Below are positions 23,242 to 37,203 of a stretch of DNA of 64,000 bases, piece after piece. Made by a program: the position numbers and the translations under genes. The DNA comes from Gordius albopunctatus (lineage: Eukaryota). Numbering within the stretch: the first letter of the stretch is position 1; each line of letters begins with the position of its first letter. The stretch is from assembly GCA_964276515.1 (NCBI GenBank), contig OZ193910.1, forward strand, positions 2,976,001-3,040,000. Reading direction: 5' to 3'. The notes beneath the pieces were generated by a model. That model had not been told where the DNA came from, searched no databases, and worked only from the letters and a program-made list of their open reading frames with translations.

Positions 23242-24308
23242 ACAGTTTTTTCAAAAAAAGCTGGAGCGACCCTCCTTTTCAAAAATGAGGAGCGGGAGTA
23301 GCTCCTTTTAGGGCTGGAGCGGAGGAGCGCCGCTTCTCCGCTCCTTTAAATTTAATATATAAATTATATTCTTTTTTAAATATTAATATGACTTACAAGA
23401 TTTTTCAAAAAATTTTCAATATAAAAAGGAAAAACTGATGTTTAATGTTTCAAATGATTAGATGAAAAATCAATATAAAACTCGGCTCAACATTTAATAA
23501 TGAATAAATTTAAATCAAATAAAATTATATTTTCATTAAATTTTAATTATAAGATATTATTAATATTCATTTTATAGATATATAATAAAAAATAGTTTTA
23601 TTATGGATTTAGTAGAGATTATAGAAGAAGAAACCAAAAATCCATTTCCACCATGCAAAAAATATTTTTAAAGGCGAAATGTATATTGTGCATTAACAAC
23701 AAAATGATTTCTTTCTCTAAAATCAGCAGCTTTAATTTAAAAAACACCTAAAAGTAAAATCAATATTTCTTTATTTTATACTCATTTTTTTTAAATGGTT
23801 TTAATTATTTGAAGGAAGGAGCGGGAGCGGGAATCGCTCCTCTTTATGCAATGACTTTGAAATCTAGCAATACCCAATCCATTTGCATATACTATACTGA
23901 TTATCTTAAATTCATTAAAGAGGTGAAACCGTGTACAAAATCATAAGCGCCATAAAGCAAAAAAACGTTTAATCGATTGTTTAAATATTTAAGTTTCTTT
24001 TAAAGTGCCAAAATTAAGGCTATAAACAATTAACTGAATGCATAATCCTAATTTTCACACCCGTAATTAAAATTGTATCAATAAACATGATCTTGATATA
24101 TATTACACCCAAATATTTTATGACTAGACTATTAGCTGTTTGTCACACTAAAGTGGTCAGCTTCTTTAGATATTTGGATGAGTGGTGATGCTCGGCTATC
24201 CAAGCCTGACAGCCATGCTGACGATGTGATGTATTTTACATCTTTTGAAAGAAAGTGCCGAAAGCGGGATTTTAACCCGCGAGCTCTTGTTCAAAGGTCT
24301 ATACCAAC

Positions 24309-24976
24309 TAGAGCCCTGCACGGGTGACCCGAAACGGGTTGAAAATTTTAAAATACCTTCGGGTCGGGCTAAAAATTTTATAATAGTTTTGGGTCGGGTT
24401 CGGGTTTAAAAATTTAAAACGCTTTCGGGTCGGGTCGGGTTGAAGGTTATAAATCTTATATTGCATAACAAACATATCTTTCAAATTAAGGCTATTACAT
24501 ATAAAACATTTTTTAATTAATATTATTTAATTGATTTCCTTGTAATTCACTTCTTATTTTTGTATCTGGCCAATTTCAAACTCTACATAGGTAAAATATA
24601 TAATAACTATAATATTTATTATTAATTAAGTGAATTATTATGGATCCACATAAATTACAGAAGCTGATTGACAATAAAATCTATAGAGTGGAAAAGAATT
24701 TGGTGGGTAAATCCAAGGTTTGGAATTGTAGACGCTATTATATTTATACATAATTATAGTAATTCTCTCAAATAAATTTATTATTCAAATTCGTGGCGTC
24801 AAATTGTTTCTCCAATTTATTTTGGCAAATCAATTTAAAATATTTAAAACGCTTTCGTGTCTGGTCCGGTTCGGGTTAAAAAATTAAAAACGCTTTCGTG
24901 TCGGGTTCGGGTTGAAAAATTAAAAATGCTTTTGGGTCGGGTCCGGGTTGAAAAAATGTGACTTTGCAGGGCTCTA
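24309..24976. mobile_element. hAT MITE (TAGAGCCCTGCA family), complete
   Basis: Perfect 12-bp TIRs TAGAGCCCTGCA and a perfect 8-bp TSD ATACCAAC (24301-24308, 24977-24984), with TCGGG subterminal repeats. Confidence 0.92.
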
Positions 24977-26947
24977 ATACCAACTACATCACCTTGTATA
25001 ATCAATCAAAGTCAGGATTCAAAATATCTGGCACAGTAACCGAACATATATAAGCAATAAAAGCATACTTGAAAGAACTAATTACGTAAAATTCTTTATC
25101 TGACATCTAGGTATTCAACTCATACTATAAGTTCAAATAAAGTATGCTCGCTGGGAATTCCCCCCAAATAAGTGTTATATTAATGCTTTATAAAGTTTAC
25201 AAACTTTAGGTATGCCAAATTTTCACTCAGACCCAATATTTTTAAACATTAAAGGCAGTCAAGGCTGCTCCTCATCTTTTTATAAATAATTACATTTTTA
25301 TAAGCCTGCTGCTATTTTAATAATTAACTTTCAAAGTAAATGATAGTAATACAAAGTGTTTTGCACGCATCATTCTTGAATGCTTGATTTTTAAACTTAC
25401 ATTTTTAGAAACTGAGTGTGCTGCAGACATTGTTGATTAAATTCAGCATTTAGTAGATTGGTTTTTAATCTACTTTTAGATGATCATGACATAGCCAACT
25501 TTAAAGCTAATATAGATGGCATCGGCAAACTTAAAAGGATAGCATTCCGACCTGCGGGTGGTCTAAGAGGGGATTTTTGTTAAAAGCTTAGGGGCTGGGC
25601 TTGGACGAGGTTAAAATTAATCAAACGAGCTCGGTACGGCTTAGCTATAGGTAGCCCCCGTTCCGGCCAATAAAGTTATTGAAATTATGCTTTTATTGTT
25701 GTATTTAAATACATAAAAAATTGTGTTTTTCAAATTTTTCGAATAATAGTTTCATCCATATTATTTTCCCCTCATCTTTTGTTCATAGAAGTTGTGTCTT
25801 TGGTGAATCCTGAAAGATTTTATTCTTAATAAGGGTGAAAAATAACGAATCTAGCTAATTTTCTATTTTATGATATAAAATTAACCTTGCATAGTATTTT
25901 CCATTATATTTGGCATGAAAGGTTTGAGCAGCTACATGTGAAAGTTTAACCGCGTGTCGCTTGTTAAAAGAAAAATAAACCCGCTTGGGACTGGTGAATA
26001 TATACAAGATTATTGTAGAAGATTTTCAAAACATAAATAAATGAATGTTTTGATATAGAGAAAAAAATGCATTCAGGGAGGGTTCAGACTGGGCTCGTGC
26101 TTATCAAATAATTAGCGGGCCTGGCCTATAATTTAGATTTTAATAGCTCGGCCCGGACCCTAGTTTTACATTTTTAGTACTGGTGGGCCAACTTGCATAT
26201 TACTAGTCCAATATAATTGCTTCAAATAAACAAAAGTTGCTATTTATTGTAAACATATTTTAAAATTTAGACATATCAATAAAAACCACTACTTTGCCAA
26301 TGTTATTGTATTGGACTTCATAATCAACTTCCTAAAAATTAGTTACTAACGCCGATACTTTAGAGTCAGTAAAAAATCGAGCAAAATCCTTTTTGTAAAC
26401 ATATACTGCAGTCTATAAACTTAAAACCCCCCTAAAAAATACTAACTAATTTGAATCTTCACTTGAGTTCAGATTTGTAAATATTATTATTGCATGTTAG
26501 AATGTAGCTTTTATAATTCGTTCGTGAAGAGTCACTAGTGAGCAAGAGAATGCTAGACTTAGAACCAGTTATATTGTCGAAAGATAGCTGATGGTGGGTG
26601 AGCAAGTTTATTCGAAATGATTATAAAATGCCAGAGATTCTAATTATGCGAAATAGATTATCTGAGATCACAGATTATATAGGCAATTCGTTGGATACAC
26701 CATACGCATGAGTAATAAATATAATTAAGATAATCCCGAACCTAATATAACAGCGTATTACACAAAACTTATCGAAAAAATCTTCTAAGTTGTAAGTGTT
26801 GATTGTGGTTTTCCCAGTTATATGGACATATCGGAAGACAATTGTCAGCAAACTACGTTGAAATGAATAAAAGTATGCGCTAAACATACCTTCTAAATGA
26901 GTTAAACTAAGCTACTACTAAATATTGCTACATATCATTGTCAAGTG

Positions 26948-29900
26948 TTATTTGGTGCTAGGGGATAGTAGAGTTTTTAGTATGGGTGTTTGGAATTGAG
27001 CCTCTTCTTGCAGAGTGGACGATTCATTTTTAATTGTTAGGTTAGCACCAATTTCGGATTCTGACGGGGCATCAACTGCTTCCACCTTAATATGAACATC
27101 GTCGATACAATTGCCATTAGGTACTGAAGGTGAATGGATGTTTTTTTGTACAGCGTTATCCAATACGTCTTGGCTAAGATCGGGACTGGCTGCCGGGCTC
27201 AAGCTTTTTAATCTATTCTCGGGTCGTTTGATGTCCAACTCTATGAGCTCGTCGAAACATTTAAAACGCTTGAAAAGTTCTTGATGTTGCTTCTCCTGGA
27301 CTTGAAGTTTTCTCTTTAAATCTAATATATGCAAGTACGTTAGTCATCATAGTTATGAAATTATACGAAGTTGTGGATAAAAATAGCATTTATGTACCAT
27401 AAAATACAGGTTTTATTGTAATCAAACCCCGAGAATCATAAATTAGCAAAAAATGGATCTATAAATTGTATATTTAAGGGTAAAGTATGAAATAGCAAGA
27501 AATAGATATTTGAGCCGCTCATAAAAACCTTGCTTGTCCTCTACCTTTTGCTTAAGTTTTTAAATAGAAATGATACAATATGGGCCACATTGCGGTAACC
27601 TAATACTTGAAAATAAATTATTTGGCATTATTAAAAGAAGAAGGGGGCGAAAATAGTCAAAAATTTTGAAGTGATTACACACGCAGTCCGAATGATAATG
27701 TTTTAGGCTAAGGGTCAAGCAATGAATAATAATTAAATTGTACTGATCATTTCCCTGGAAACGCGTTCTTTTTCGTATTGAATCCTGTTTTGATGAACGG
27801 CGAGCTTCTCTTTAAATTTAGTCATTAGGTCCAGTTCGTTTACGATGGTAGACAGCTTTGTGGCACCTTTTATAACACAAAATAACAATAAATAGTTAAT
27901 ATGTTTGAACAACATTTAACCGAGATCTAAATTACATTAAATTTATTTTATATTTGATTTATAAATAAGAAAATAACGCCTCAAATATTCATAACTAATT
28001 TCTACACGTTAAACCGTATGTTGCTAAGGCAAGCTTGCGCTATCTTTTAAATCATGTGAAATTTTATGCATGTATCCTTCCTTACTTAGACTCTTATTTT
28101 TCGTGATTTTGAAGTCGGGATTAGGATTAAGGGCAGCGGAATTCATTATCATGTTTTGGAGAATCTGGCCCTTCATCTCGTCGATGGAACTTTTAATCTC
28201 GTTCACAAATTCATCCAATAACCCCAATTTCGCTATTTTTACCCAAAATATTGAGGAATCTAAAGAGCATTGAACACGCGTAAACATGCGTATAAATACA
28301 GCTGGTGTTGTAAATAGAAAAAGGATATATTCGCCGCCATATTTTGTAGCAAAAAGATAAGCCGAACTAAGGGCCGATGGGCAAAATTAAAGTGGGAATG
28401 AGGCATTTGCCCCCCCCCCTCCCCACCCCCTTCCTGTTTTCCTCGGGTAGATTTGTTGGCGCTTTTTAATGTAACAAGCAAGGCAAGGGTCAGTCAAATA
28501 ATGAAAGAAAGGTGTACTTTCGTCGAGGCCGTTGCAAAGGGAAGTTGGTTTGTATTGTCCATTGGCTAAACTGTGGCTTTTATCGTGAGGCAACAGCTCA
28601 TTCTCCCCATTTTGCGAGGCGAATGAAGAAGTTGGAGATTTTGAGCTCTCTAAATCAATCAATAACTTATTTAATTAGATAGACTGAATATTTTTCAATT
28701 CAAGTGGAAACTTTCACATTTAATAGAGCTTAACCACGGGCGTCGCTAGCATTGTAATTAGACGGAGAGGGGAATGACAATTTTTTGAAATTACGAAATT
28801 TTAAAGAATTTATAGATTTAGATTGGGGGGGGGCACAACTAAAACGAGATGAGATTAAATGACAAAGTGGTATATATACACAATTTTGTACTAGCTAATA
28901 AATAGAGGGGGGGCAACTGCCCTCTCTCTCGATTCTATCAAATAAGCGTTAAGTTAACGCCGTTCAGTTTATCTTCATAAGACTTAACCTTTCCTTATCA
29001 AACTATAAAAAGGCAGTCATATTAACTAACTATTTCACGGGCGTCACCGTCAGCATTGCATTTAACACTCCGTTGGCCAGGTCAAAAAAACCCCAAACTT
29101 TAAATAGCTATAACTTTGTTGTATTGTAATATAAACTTTTCGAATTTTAAAAGCACAAGACTACAACTCTTATCTGTAAATTGATATATTACTTTGGGTA
29201 TTTGAACAAGGGGTTATTAAAATTTTATAATTACAATTAGTGCAACCCCGGAAAATTTCCCCCTCTATGTGACTATATTTATTCATAACAATTTGATTTC
29301 CTCCAATTCCATAATTTAATTTATAAGATCATATAAAATGAGGTTGGAGCTAAAACTAATAAAAATTTGGCATAAAAAACCTTAAAAACAAAAATAATAG
29401 AGATGTCCAAACTTAGGGAATTTTTGGCCCTACGTTTTTTAGGGCAAAAAGTTACTACTGTTCTAAGCCATTATTTTTCTAATTTTTGGACTTCAATTAA
29501 ATTTTTTGAAATACATTACAGAAGGTTAGAATTAAGAATAGGAAAAAAATCTAATCTTAAAACAAAAATTTTATGAGGCTCTAAAAATAGTGAATTTTGT
29601 GTAAAAAATGAGATTTCCTACATGTTTTGTTAGTTTAAAAAAGTCAGTTTATAAATGAACATTGGTAATAAAAGTTCATGATTTTTTACATTTGGCTTAA
29701 AAAAACGTCAAAATAAAAAAATAGAGTTTTTTCTATTCTTATTGATACATTTTTTAATAATTTTTCAACTACTTTTATATTTTTACAATAGAAATAAATC
29801 TTAGAAGGTTAAATTTGAGAATATGAAATTAATCTTCATGTAATATCTTAAAAAAACATTATGTAGGGCTATAAAAACAGTGAATTTTTCATAAAATGAC

Positions 29901-31796
29901 ATTTCATACACATATGAAATATCAAATATGATTTGTTTTAAATTAACAAGAAAGTTTTAATTCAGTTACTTTATAAAAAGACATATAAGTTTATTAATCT
30001 CATTTTTTAGTCTATTTAATCCTAAGCTACAATAATATTTACTATAAGGTATAAACTCCTCAAACTAATATATAATGTTTCTTTATTTATGATAACTTGA
30101 TAAAATGTTATATTTTTATTTTTATATACCATTTTCAGACAAAAAATAATATTATTGCACTGCTAGACATGTTGAAATATCTAAGTGCACAGGAAAATTT
30201 ACACAAATGAGCACTTTGAATAATCACGAGGAAAAATAAGCATGTTAAAATATGTTTAAAATATAAATACCTCAAATAAAATAAAATGTTTATAAAAAAT
30301 ATCTTTACAAATAGGTTAAGAATAATGGTTTTTGATAATAAATTTAAAAAAAAATATTGAAATTTTTTTGTTTAATATTTTGGAAGTTGGGGTCCTGGAG
30401 GACCCTGTGCATCTAAAACACTCTATATCTTAAAAACTATTAAATTAAAACAAGCCAAAATTTGCAGAGATATTAGTTAAGGGGGGGGGGGGGGGCAATA
30501 GTGATTTAGGGATAGGCAAAATAATCCTTTTTTACGTTTTAAACATAATTTTAATAAATTCCAAAATTTTTGGATTTTGAGAGGGGGGAATGGAATGAAT
30601 ATCAGATATCAGAATAAAAAAATTAAACAGAACAAATTTATTAAAATCCAAATTTTTTAATAAATACGCTTTTTAAATTTAGGTTAAACAGAACTTTTAA
30701 AAATTCACGGTAATATTATAATTTCATGCAATATACCTCGATCGTTGTGGGCTGTCATGGAGTTGGCTGAGCCGTTCACTTTCGGAACAGATTTTGAAAG
30801 TTCCTTAGCCTCAGACTCTGGGTCAGATTCTTGGTCTTGATTAAAAGAACCGGCGGATCCCCAAGGGTATGTGATGTTAGCAGCTTTCATTAAATCTCTC
30901 ATATAATCATAACCGCTTGAATCCTCACCCGAATTATTGGTGTTATTATTGTTGTTGTAGGGATTGTAGTAAGATGCAGAATCTCTCTTGAAGGGAACTA
31001 AGGTCGGTGCTTGACTCCCATTTTGGGCAGCGTTGTAGAGGATAGTATTCCTAAAAGTGGAAGTTAGGTCGTTGTTGTTAATACCATTTTCTTCACAATC
31101 TTCGCTAGAGGGGACACTATCAAGGTGTCCATTATCATCGGAAACCTTAAGCTTTTCATCACTTTCTCCGTTATAGTAAGAGTTATAAGATCGCTTGGGT
31201 GCGATCGCATCTGGGTTGGCGTTGGAATTGGGGTTTTGTGGGGGGGAAAGGCCGAGAATAGTGTAGCGTATGCAGGGATGCCTATTAAGTGTAGAAGTGC
31301 CCGTGGTTCGCCTATCGTATTTGTAGACGTGGTGACACCTATCGCATTTCACGAAATTAGTTAGGGCACCTTCGAAGTATATGACGGAAAAGGCGGTCCA
31401 AATAACGCTTTTCAAATTTGGGCCCTCCTTCCGGAGAAAAGTTAGGCGGGGGTCTCGGTTTTTTACGGCCTCGATGAAAAATTCCTTGTTATTCCAAAAA
31501 TTACCGGCGTAACATTGGTTTGGGCTCAAGGCTTGAGAAGGTGGCCTCTTGCCTTGTTCCGGCTCTTCATAGTTGCTAATATCAAAATGGCCACCGCTCC
31601 CCCTATTTAAACCGGGCTTAGAATTATGCAAGTGATTATTATGCTGCGTCTTAGAAGATTTGCTATAAATAGCGGTCCTAGCGTGAGTGGAACCGTTGGT
31701 CGTTATGAAAGGCGATACCGATTCGTTATTTATCGCTTGGAGCAAGTAATTTTCGTAAGAATTTGCGTCGGGGTCGTTCTTTATAACCGCGTTCAT
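26948..31796 (-). CDS. BED-type zinc-finger protein with a C-terminal coiled-coil-like region, at least 5 exons (~620 aa from ATG 31796)
   Basis: Exons 31820(ATG 31796)-30737, 28649-28518, 28259-28086, 27866-27744, 27321-26948 join in frame through phase-1 GT-AG introns. BED signature KSVIWTAF...VKCDRC..VYKY....GTSTLNRHPC. The acceptor at 31821 implies a further upstream exon. Confidence 0.8.
29066..30476. mobile_element. TTAA-flanked AT-rich insertion inside a MITE (possible piggyBac-like remnant)
   Basis: The MITE starts at 29037 and resumes at 30481, with TTAA at 29062-29065 and 30477-30480. Diverged internal direct repeats at ~29515-29620 and ~29800-29910. Matching TIRs are not evident. 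Confidence 0.4.
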
Positions 31797-33620
31797 GTCT
31801 TTTAGCCTTTCGGGACTCAGCTAAAATATAGGTTTAGAGATATTAATGTTAAAACCGTAAGAAAACGAAGGGACCGAAATTAAAATCAAAGTGACAACGT
31901 TTTTTTGCAATAGAGCAGGGGGTAGTGAGAGGGAGGGGGCTGGGTTCCTAGCTGAAGCTGATATATAAAATGGTTGTTGTAAAAGCTAGCGCGCGTTCTC
32001 CCATATCTCCAAAGCCTCGAGCGATTGGCGCCGCATGTGCATGATATACAACATAATGTGCGTACACGGGGACGACAGGGTAATATTCTGGGAAGTGAGA
32101 CTAGCTACTACTATACTAGGTAGGTAGTAGCTAGTATAGTTGTAGGGCTAGCGCTAGGGTGTGTCACTCTTCGCACATTCTGTATGGGTCCCTCTTTTAG
32201 CGTTACATATAATAACGGACCTTTCATTTCATTTCACAATTTATTATTTACTTATAAAACTATGTCTTCTTCTATTATTGATGCTTAAGGCAATGTTACC
32301 CCCCCCCTCACCCCACATCGCCTTATCGACTACAATTCTCATATTATTTGAGATGCACCCATGGCCCATAGACCTTACCCCATCCCCCCCCCCTTTTAAA
32401 ATTGCCGTAAGTGGTGTCATGGGCGTAGCCAATAGGAGGTAGGGAGGGGCGGCTGCCCTTAAGTACAAAAATTTATTAAATTGATGCCTGAAAATGCAAA
32501 AAATGATTACGCCCTCTTTAAAGCATTATTATTGTCCCCCTCTAATATCAATGCTGGCTCCGCGCATGGGTGGTTTGGGAATAGTGGTTAGATTCTTCGT
32601 AGAATCGGTTAACTGAAAAAATGAGCTTTGTTTTTGGTTCAAAAAATCACTTGCAACAGACTGACCCCCCCCCCTCCCCAACTATGAAAATTTTTATAAA
32701 TGCAACAAATAATTTGCTTATTTTGCCTCTTCGTAAATCACAGATGGGATATTTGTTTTTTATATTTTAAATTCAATAAAACACGTATTTTGGCGATTTA
32801 CATGAACGCAATGCAAACCCAGCTTGGAAGAGGAATTTTTAGCTGAACCGAGGGGGTGCCTTATAAAAGGAGGGTTAGGAGGCGAGCAGACATATAAAGT
32901 ACAAAGAGTGGAGTACCGGGGGGGGGGGGGTCAAGGGGGTTATATAATACGATTTTTATTAACATGGAGCTTTGTGAACGACGCCTTTTAACCGTCTAGC
33001 CGTTCAAATCTTCGCAGATATAAACTGTGGAAATATAGGGTTTGGCTTTGGGGTACATGGAAACGAGCTAGTTAAAATGCGCACCCTAAAATGCTTTTCC
33101 CCCTTTTCACTATTTCGTAGTTTTATATTATGCCGCCCTATTTTAGGAAGACAATTTGCCCTAGGGGGGGGGGCAAAACGTTTAAAATTTCATTTAGAGG
33201 GGGGCAAAACATAATTTTTCAATGTTTTTGCATTGAAAAAATTTTTTTTCGTAAATTAGGGGGGGGGGGGGGGGGGGGCTGTGGGTACGCCCATGTAAAT
33301 AGGTTCAAATATTTAAACTTTTTGAGAAATTGGAAATAAGGTCGTGAAATTTCCTCGTATACTCAGCTATATTTGCCATTTATATTAACTTTGTAAATAA
33401 ATCCTTGGGGTAAATAAATTGTTTTCATAGTGTAATGTAAACTCTGAATTGTCAAATCGGCCAATCACGATTTTATTAGAAAGGTCTGTCTGTGGAAGGG
33501 AATACCACGCCCAGGATATAATATCAAAATCTAATTGATTTTGTTACGTTTATAACATATTAAAAAAATATAAAAAACACTAAAAATTTTGAAAGCCCCC
33601 CTCCCCCCGAGTTAGGTTTC

Positions 33621-33790
33621 CATTGGCATAGCCAGCATTGTAATTAGAAGGGGGCAATAGTGATTTAGGGAGGGGCAAAATGATAATTTTTTGAAATTTT
33701 AGCCATAATTTTAATAAATTTAAAAAAATTTTGGATTTAGAGGGGGTCATCCGCCCCTCCCTCCCCCCCCCCCCCTGGCTATACCCATCT
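33621..33790. mobile_element. hAT-type MITE (CATGGGCGTAGCC family)
   Basis: Same body as 35969-36137 in reverse orientation. Confidence 0.75.
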
Positions 33791-34998
33791 AGGTTTCTAA
33801 AGATGCGTTGCTTATCATAAATAGACTCGTGATTGGTAATTTATCAAATTTATAGAAGAAATCATTTTCTTAGGGATTTAAATTATGTTAGCGGGTAGAT
33901 TTTCATAAATTGCTTTAAAGATTAATGCTCGTTCTTTACTTTAGAAACAACCAAAAAATTTGTATTTTACAAAGTGAATAAATTGATTTAAACTTGTTGT
34001 TTATTATCAGAATACATGTATATCATTAAGGAGGCCCTGTATCCAATCGTCCGGGTGTTATCACCAAATAGCCCATTTCCCCTATATTACACTAACGAGG
34101 CCGCCTCCTATCCTGACCATCCACTTTTCCATAAAACGTAAATCAGCTTTAGGGATGCTAAATTAAAAAGGATGAAGGGGGGGGGGCAAAGGGGCCAGAA
34201 CCACACCATGTGCGTTTTTTACGTGTGCTATGTCCGTGCCTAGTGGACCATTCATTTTGCCTCCAGTTCCTTTAACTGATTGTCCGCTCGCTATAAAAAC
34301 TCACCCTACCCATTAACTTACCAACATAAAACACGACACTGACAGTCCTCCCTCAGCGTGACCTTCTATCTCCCTCTAGCTATATAAGTCGTATACAGGG
34401 AGACGTAGACTGACAAATGCCACTTCACTCATAGGCTAAGCTGAGCGCTAGTTTATATCCTCCTAGGTCGCCAGGGGACAATGGAAGAGTTAGGGCGAGG
34501 CAGTTGGGTTGTCTCATGATGTCATGCACACACACAATACAAGGCTAAATCATTCATCTATGTGAATGTGACCCAGCGACACCTAGCCAACCATCACCCC
34601 TCTCCGCATCGCCATCTTTAATTTAATGGAAGGGCGGAGCCTTTAGACTAGACCGGACACAATTCTGGGAAAGGAGGGGTGGCTAGTGTTTTATGACAAT
34701 TATTGCTTGTGGCAGTTTTTGTAGACGCCATTTAAATAGCCGCTGTTTAATAGTGAAAAATAAAATTTCTGAGCGGGGGGGGGAGGTAATGCGACACATC
34801 GGGCAGCTGTGATAAATGGGATGGTTTTTATTATATTTTTGAATTTAGTCTATGAATAAATCTCATTCTTAAAAAATCAAAAGTCGAAATAAAGGTATTC
34901 AGTTTCATTTGGTATGCATCTTTTTTAATTCTACAAAAATTTCCGGTCGTTAGATACTTAGTAAAATACTTGTTCCTCAGCTTCAGTTTGAATATTAT

Positions 34999-35180
34999 CA
35001 TGGGTGTAGCCAGCTTTGGAATTAGAGAGGGGCAATAATGATTTAAGGATGTTTAGGGAGGGGCAGAATGAACATTTTTCGAAATTTAAGCCATAATTTT
35101 AATAAATTTCAACAATTTTTTGGATTCAGAGGGGGCAGCCGCCCCTCCCTGCCCCCCCCCCCATCTTGGATACGATCATG
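34999..35180. mobile_element. hAT-type MITE (CATGGGCGTAGCC family)
   Basis: TIRs plus a near-perfect TSD AATATTAT/AATATTAG. Confidence 0.8.
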
Positions 35181-35968
35181 AATATTAGTAAGCCATGTTA
35201 ATATTAGAATCATGGAAATTGGTTATTTCTAACCCGCCCGAAGCCTACATTTCTCATAAAAATATTACCAAATTTCAACCCCGAACACCTAACACTTACT
35301 CTCAACCCAGACCCAACTCGAATGTGAAATTCAACGTAAATATGCCCTCTGAAAAAATCAAGTATACTTACAATTTAGATGAAAATATTTAAACGCAAGC
35401 GCGTTAATATAATAATGATTAAGTTAGTCTATGCTTTCCACCTATTTATTATTAATAATTTTAAAACATGGAGGGCAAAATACATTTGAATTAGGAGATT
35501 GGAGGGAGGCAGCTAACCTTCCCTGTTTAAGCTTATAGTCAGATTATTATTAAATTATAAACCATTTTTTCATTCATTCAATTCGCAATATTATTGTCTA
35601 ATTTATTTGGAAAATTAAGGCTGACATATGTTATTAAGGGCAAAATTAAACAATCAATCCGAAGTGGATAAATAAATACCTACGTATATTCTTATATTTG
35701 ACATATATAAAAATAAATTGTTCGAAATTTAATCAAAACACTTGTTTCCATTTTAAATCCATTTATGATAGGGTAGTAATATATTCATAAATAATAAGTG
35801 AAGCCAGGATTACAAAAATGGTTATTTTTTTATCGTTTTAGTAATAAATTTTTTTTAATATTTAGAAATTACGAATTTAAAAAGTGCAGCCCCTCCCCTT
35901 CGCCTTCCCCTATCCTGATAAATATATTTATATTGGATAAACACTTGTTGAGTGATCACAGTGACAAC

Positions 35969-36137
35969 CATGGGCGTAGCCAGGGGGGCGGCTGCCCCCC
36001 CCCCATCTAAATTCAAAAAATTGATGAAATTCATTAAAATTATGGCTTAAATTTCAAAAAATGTTCATTTCGCCCCTCCCTAAACATTCCTAAATCATTA
36101 TTGCCCCCCTCTAAATCAAAAGCTGGCTACGCCCATG
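35969..36137. mobile_element. hAT-type MITE (CATGGGCGTAGCC family), complete
   Basis: TIR CATGGGCGTAGCCAG and a perfect 8-bp TSD GTGACAAC. Confidence 0.92.
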
Positions 36138-36583
36138 GTGACAACGATTGATGTTTCGTTTTATATGAAGTCATCTTTAAACTTTACATTTATTGTATGC
36201 TATTATCTTTTGGATGTCAAATCTATCTATGTATATATATATAAAGTAAAGTGTATGTATATATGTATTAGTGTCGGCAATTTTAATATAATTTCTTGAA
36301 CCCGAACTCAATTCCTTAAACCCAAACACGAACCCGATTTTATTTTGGGCGGGTTCGAACCCTTGAAAAAAGGACGGAAAAGTAAATATTCAAATAAGCA
36401 TACAATTAACTTAATGATAAATTATATTATCTAAAATTTATTTTTCTTTTGCATAAAAAAGGACAGTTCAAAATTAAATAATCAAATTCTAATTTTGATT
36501 AGAGACATTTAAAAGGAGTAAAAAATAAGCCACCAATTGAACTTTGTATATTTTAAGTGTTTATCCTCCTAACAAAAAATATT

Positions 36584-36751
36584 CGTGGGCGTAGCCAAAG
36601 GGGGGCAGGGAGGGGCGGCTGCCCCTCTAAATCCAAAATTTTGTTGAAATGTATCAAAATTATGGGTGAAATTTCAAAAAATGTTCATTTTGCCCCTCCC
36701 TCAATTATTATTGCCCCCCCCCTTCTAATTCTAATGCTGGCTACGCCCATG
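36584..36751. mobile_element. hAT-type MITE (CATGGGCGTAGCC family), complete
   Basis: TIRs and a perfect 8-bp TSD AAAATATT. Confidence 0.9.
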
Positions 36752-37203
36752 AAAATATTCATCATAAATTGAAAATCCTACATTATTATATACCGCTTTC
36801 TGGAATTGCTACATTTATCCTATAAATATTATGCTAAAACAAACCCAACAACTTTATTTAAGTCGAAATTGAAAAATCTAATTAATAAATTATAAGGCAA
36901 TATGTTACTAATTTGCAAAGCAAAATGTTTCAAAAACACACACTACATTTATTAGAGTAGAGGTAGCATGAGCGTAGCCAGGTTTTGGATTAGGGGGGGG
37001 GGGGGGGGGCAAAACGTTTTTTTTTAATTTTAAGGGTTTTTCGTTGAAAATGTTTTTGTTCGCTATTTAAGGGGGGGGGGTTACGCCCATGAGAGGTGAT
37101 ATTGGCAATCTATCAAATTCCACTATCTGTTGACCGTGAACTAGAACATGTGTCATTTTCCTCCTTTAATGCACACTGCAATTATTAACAAAAACAATGT
37201 ATA

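Noticed and set aside
24355..24955. CRISPR-like repeat array (TTTCGGGTCGGG units)
   Set aside because: These are subterminal repeats of a hAT MITE in a eukaryotic genome, with no unique regularly sized spacers and no cas genes.
32161..36772. Short ORFs with poly-Gly or poly-Pro
   Set aside because: They arise from G/C tracts of MITEs and show no splice or domain support.
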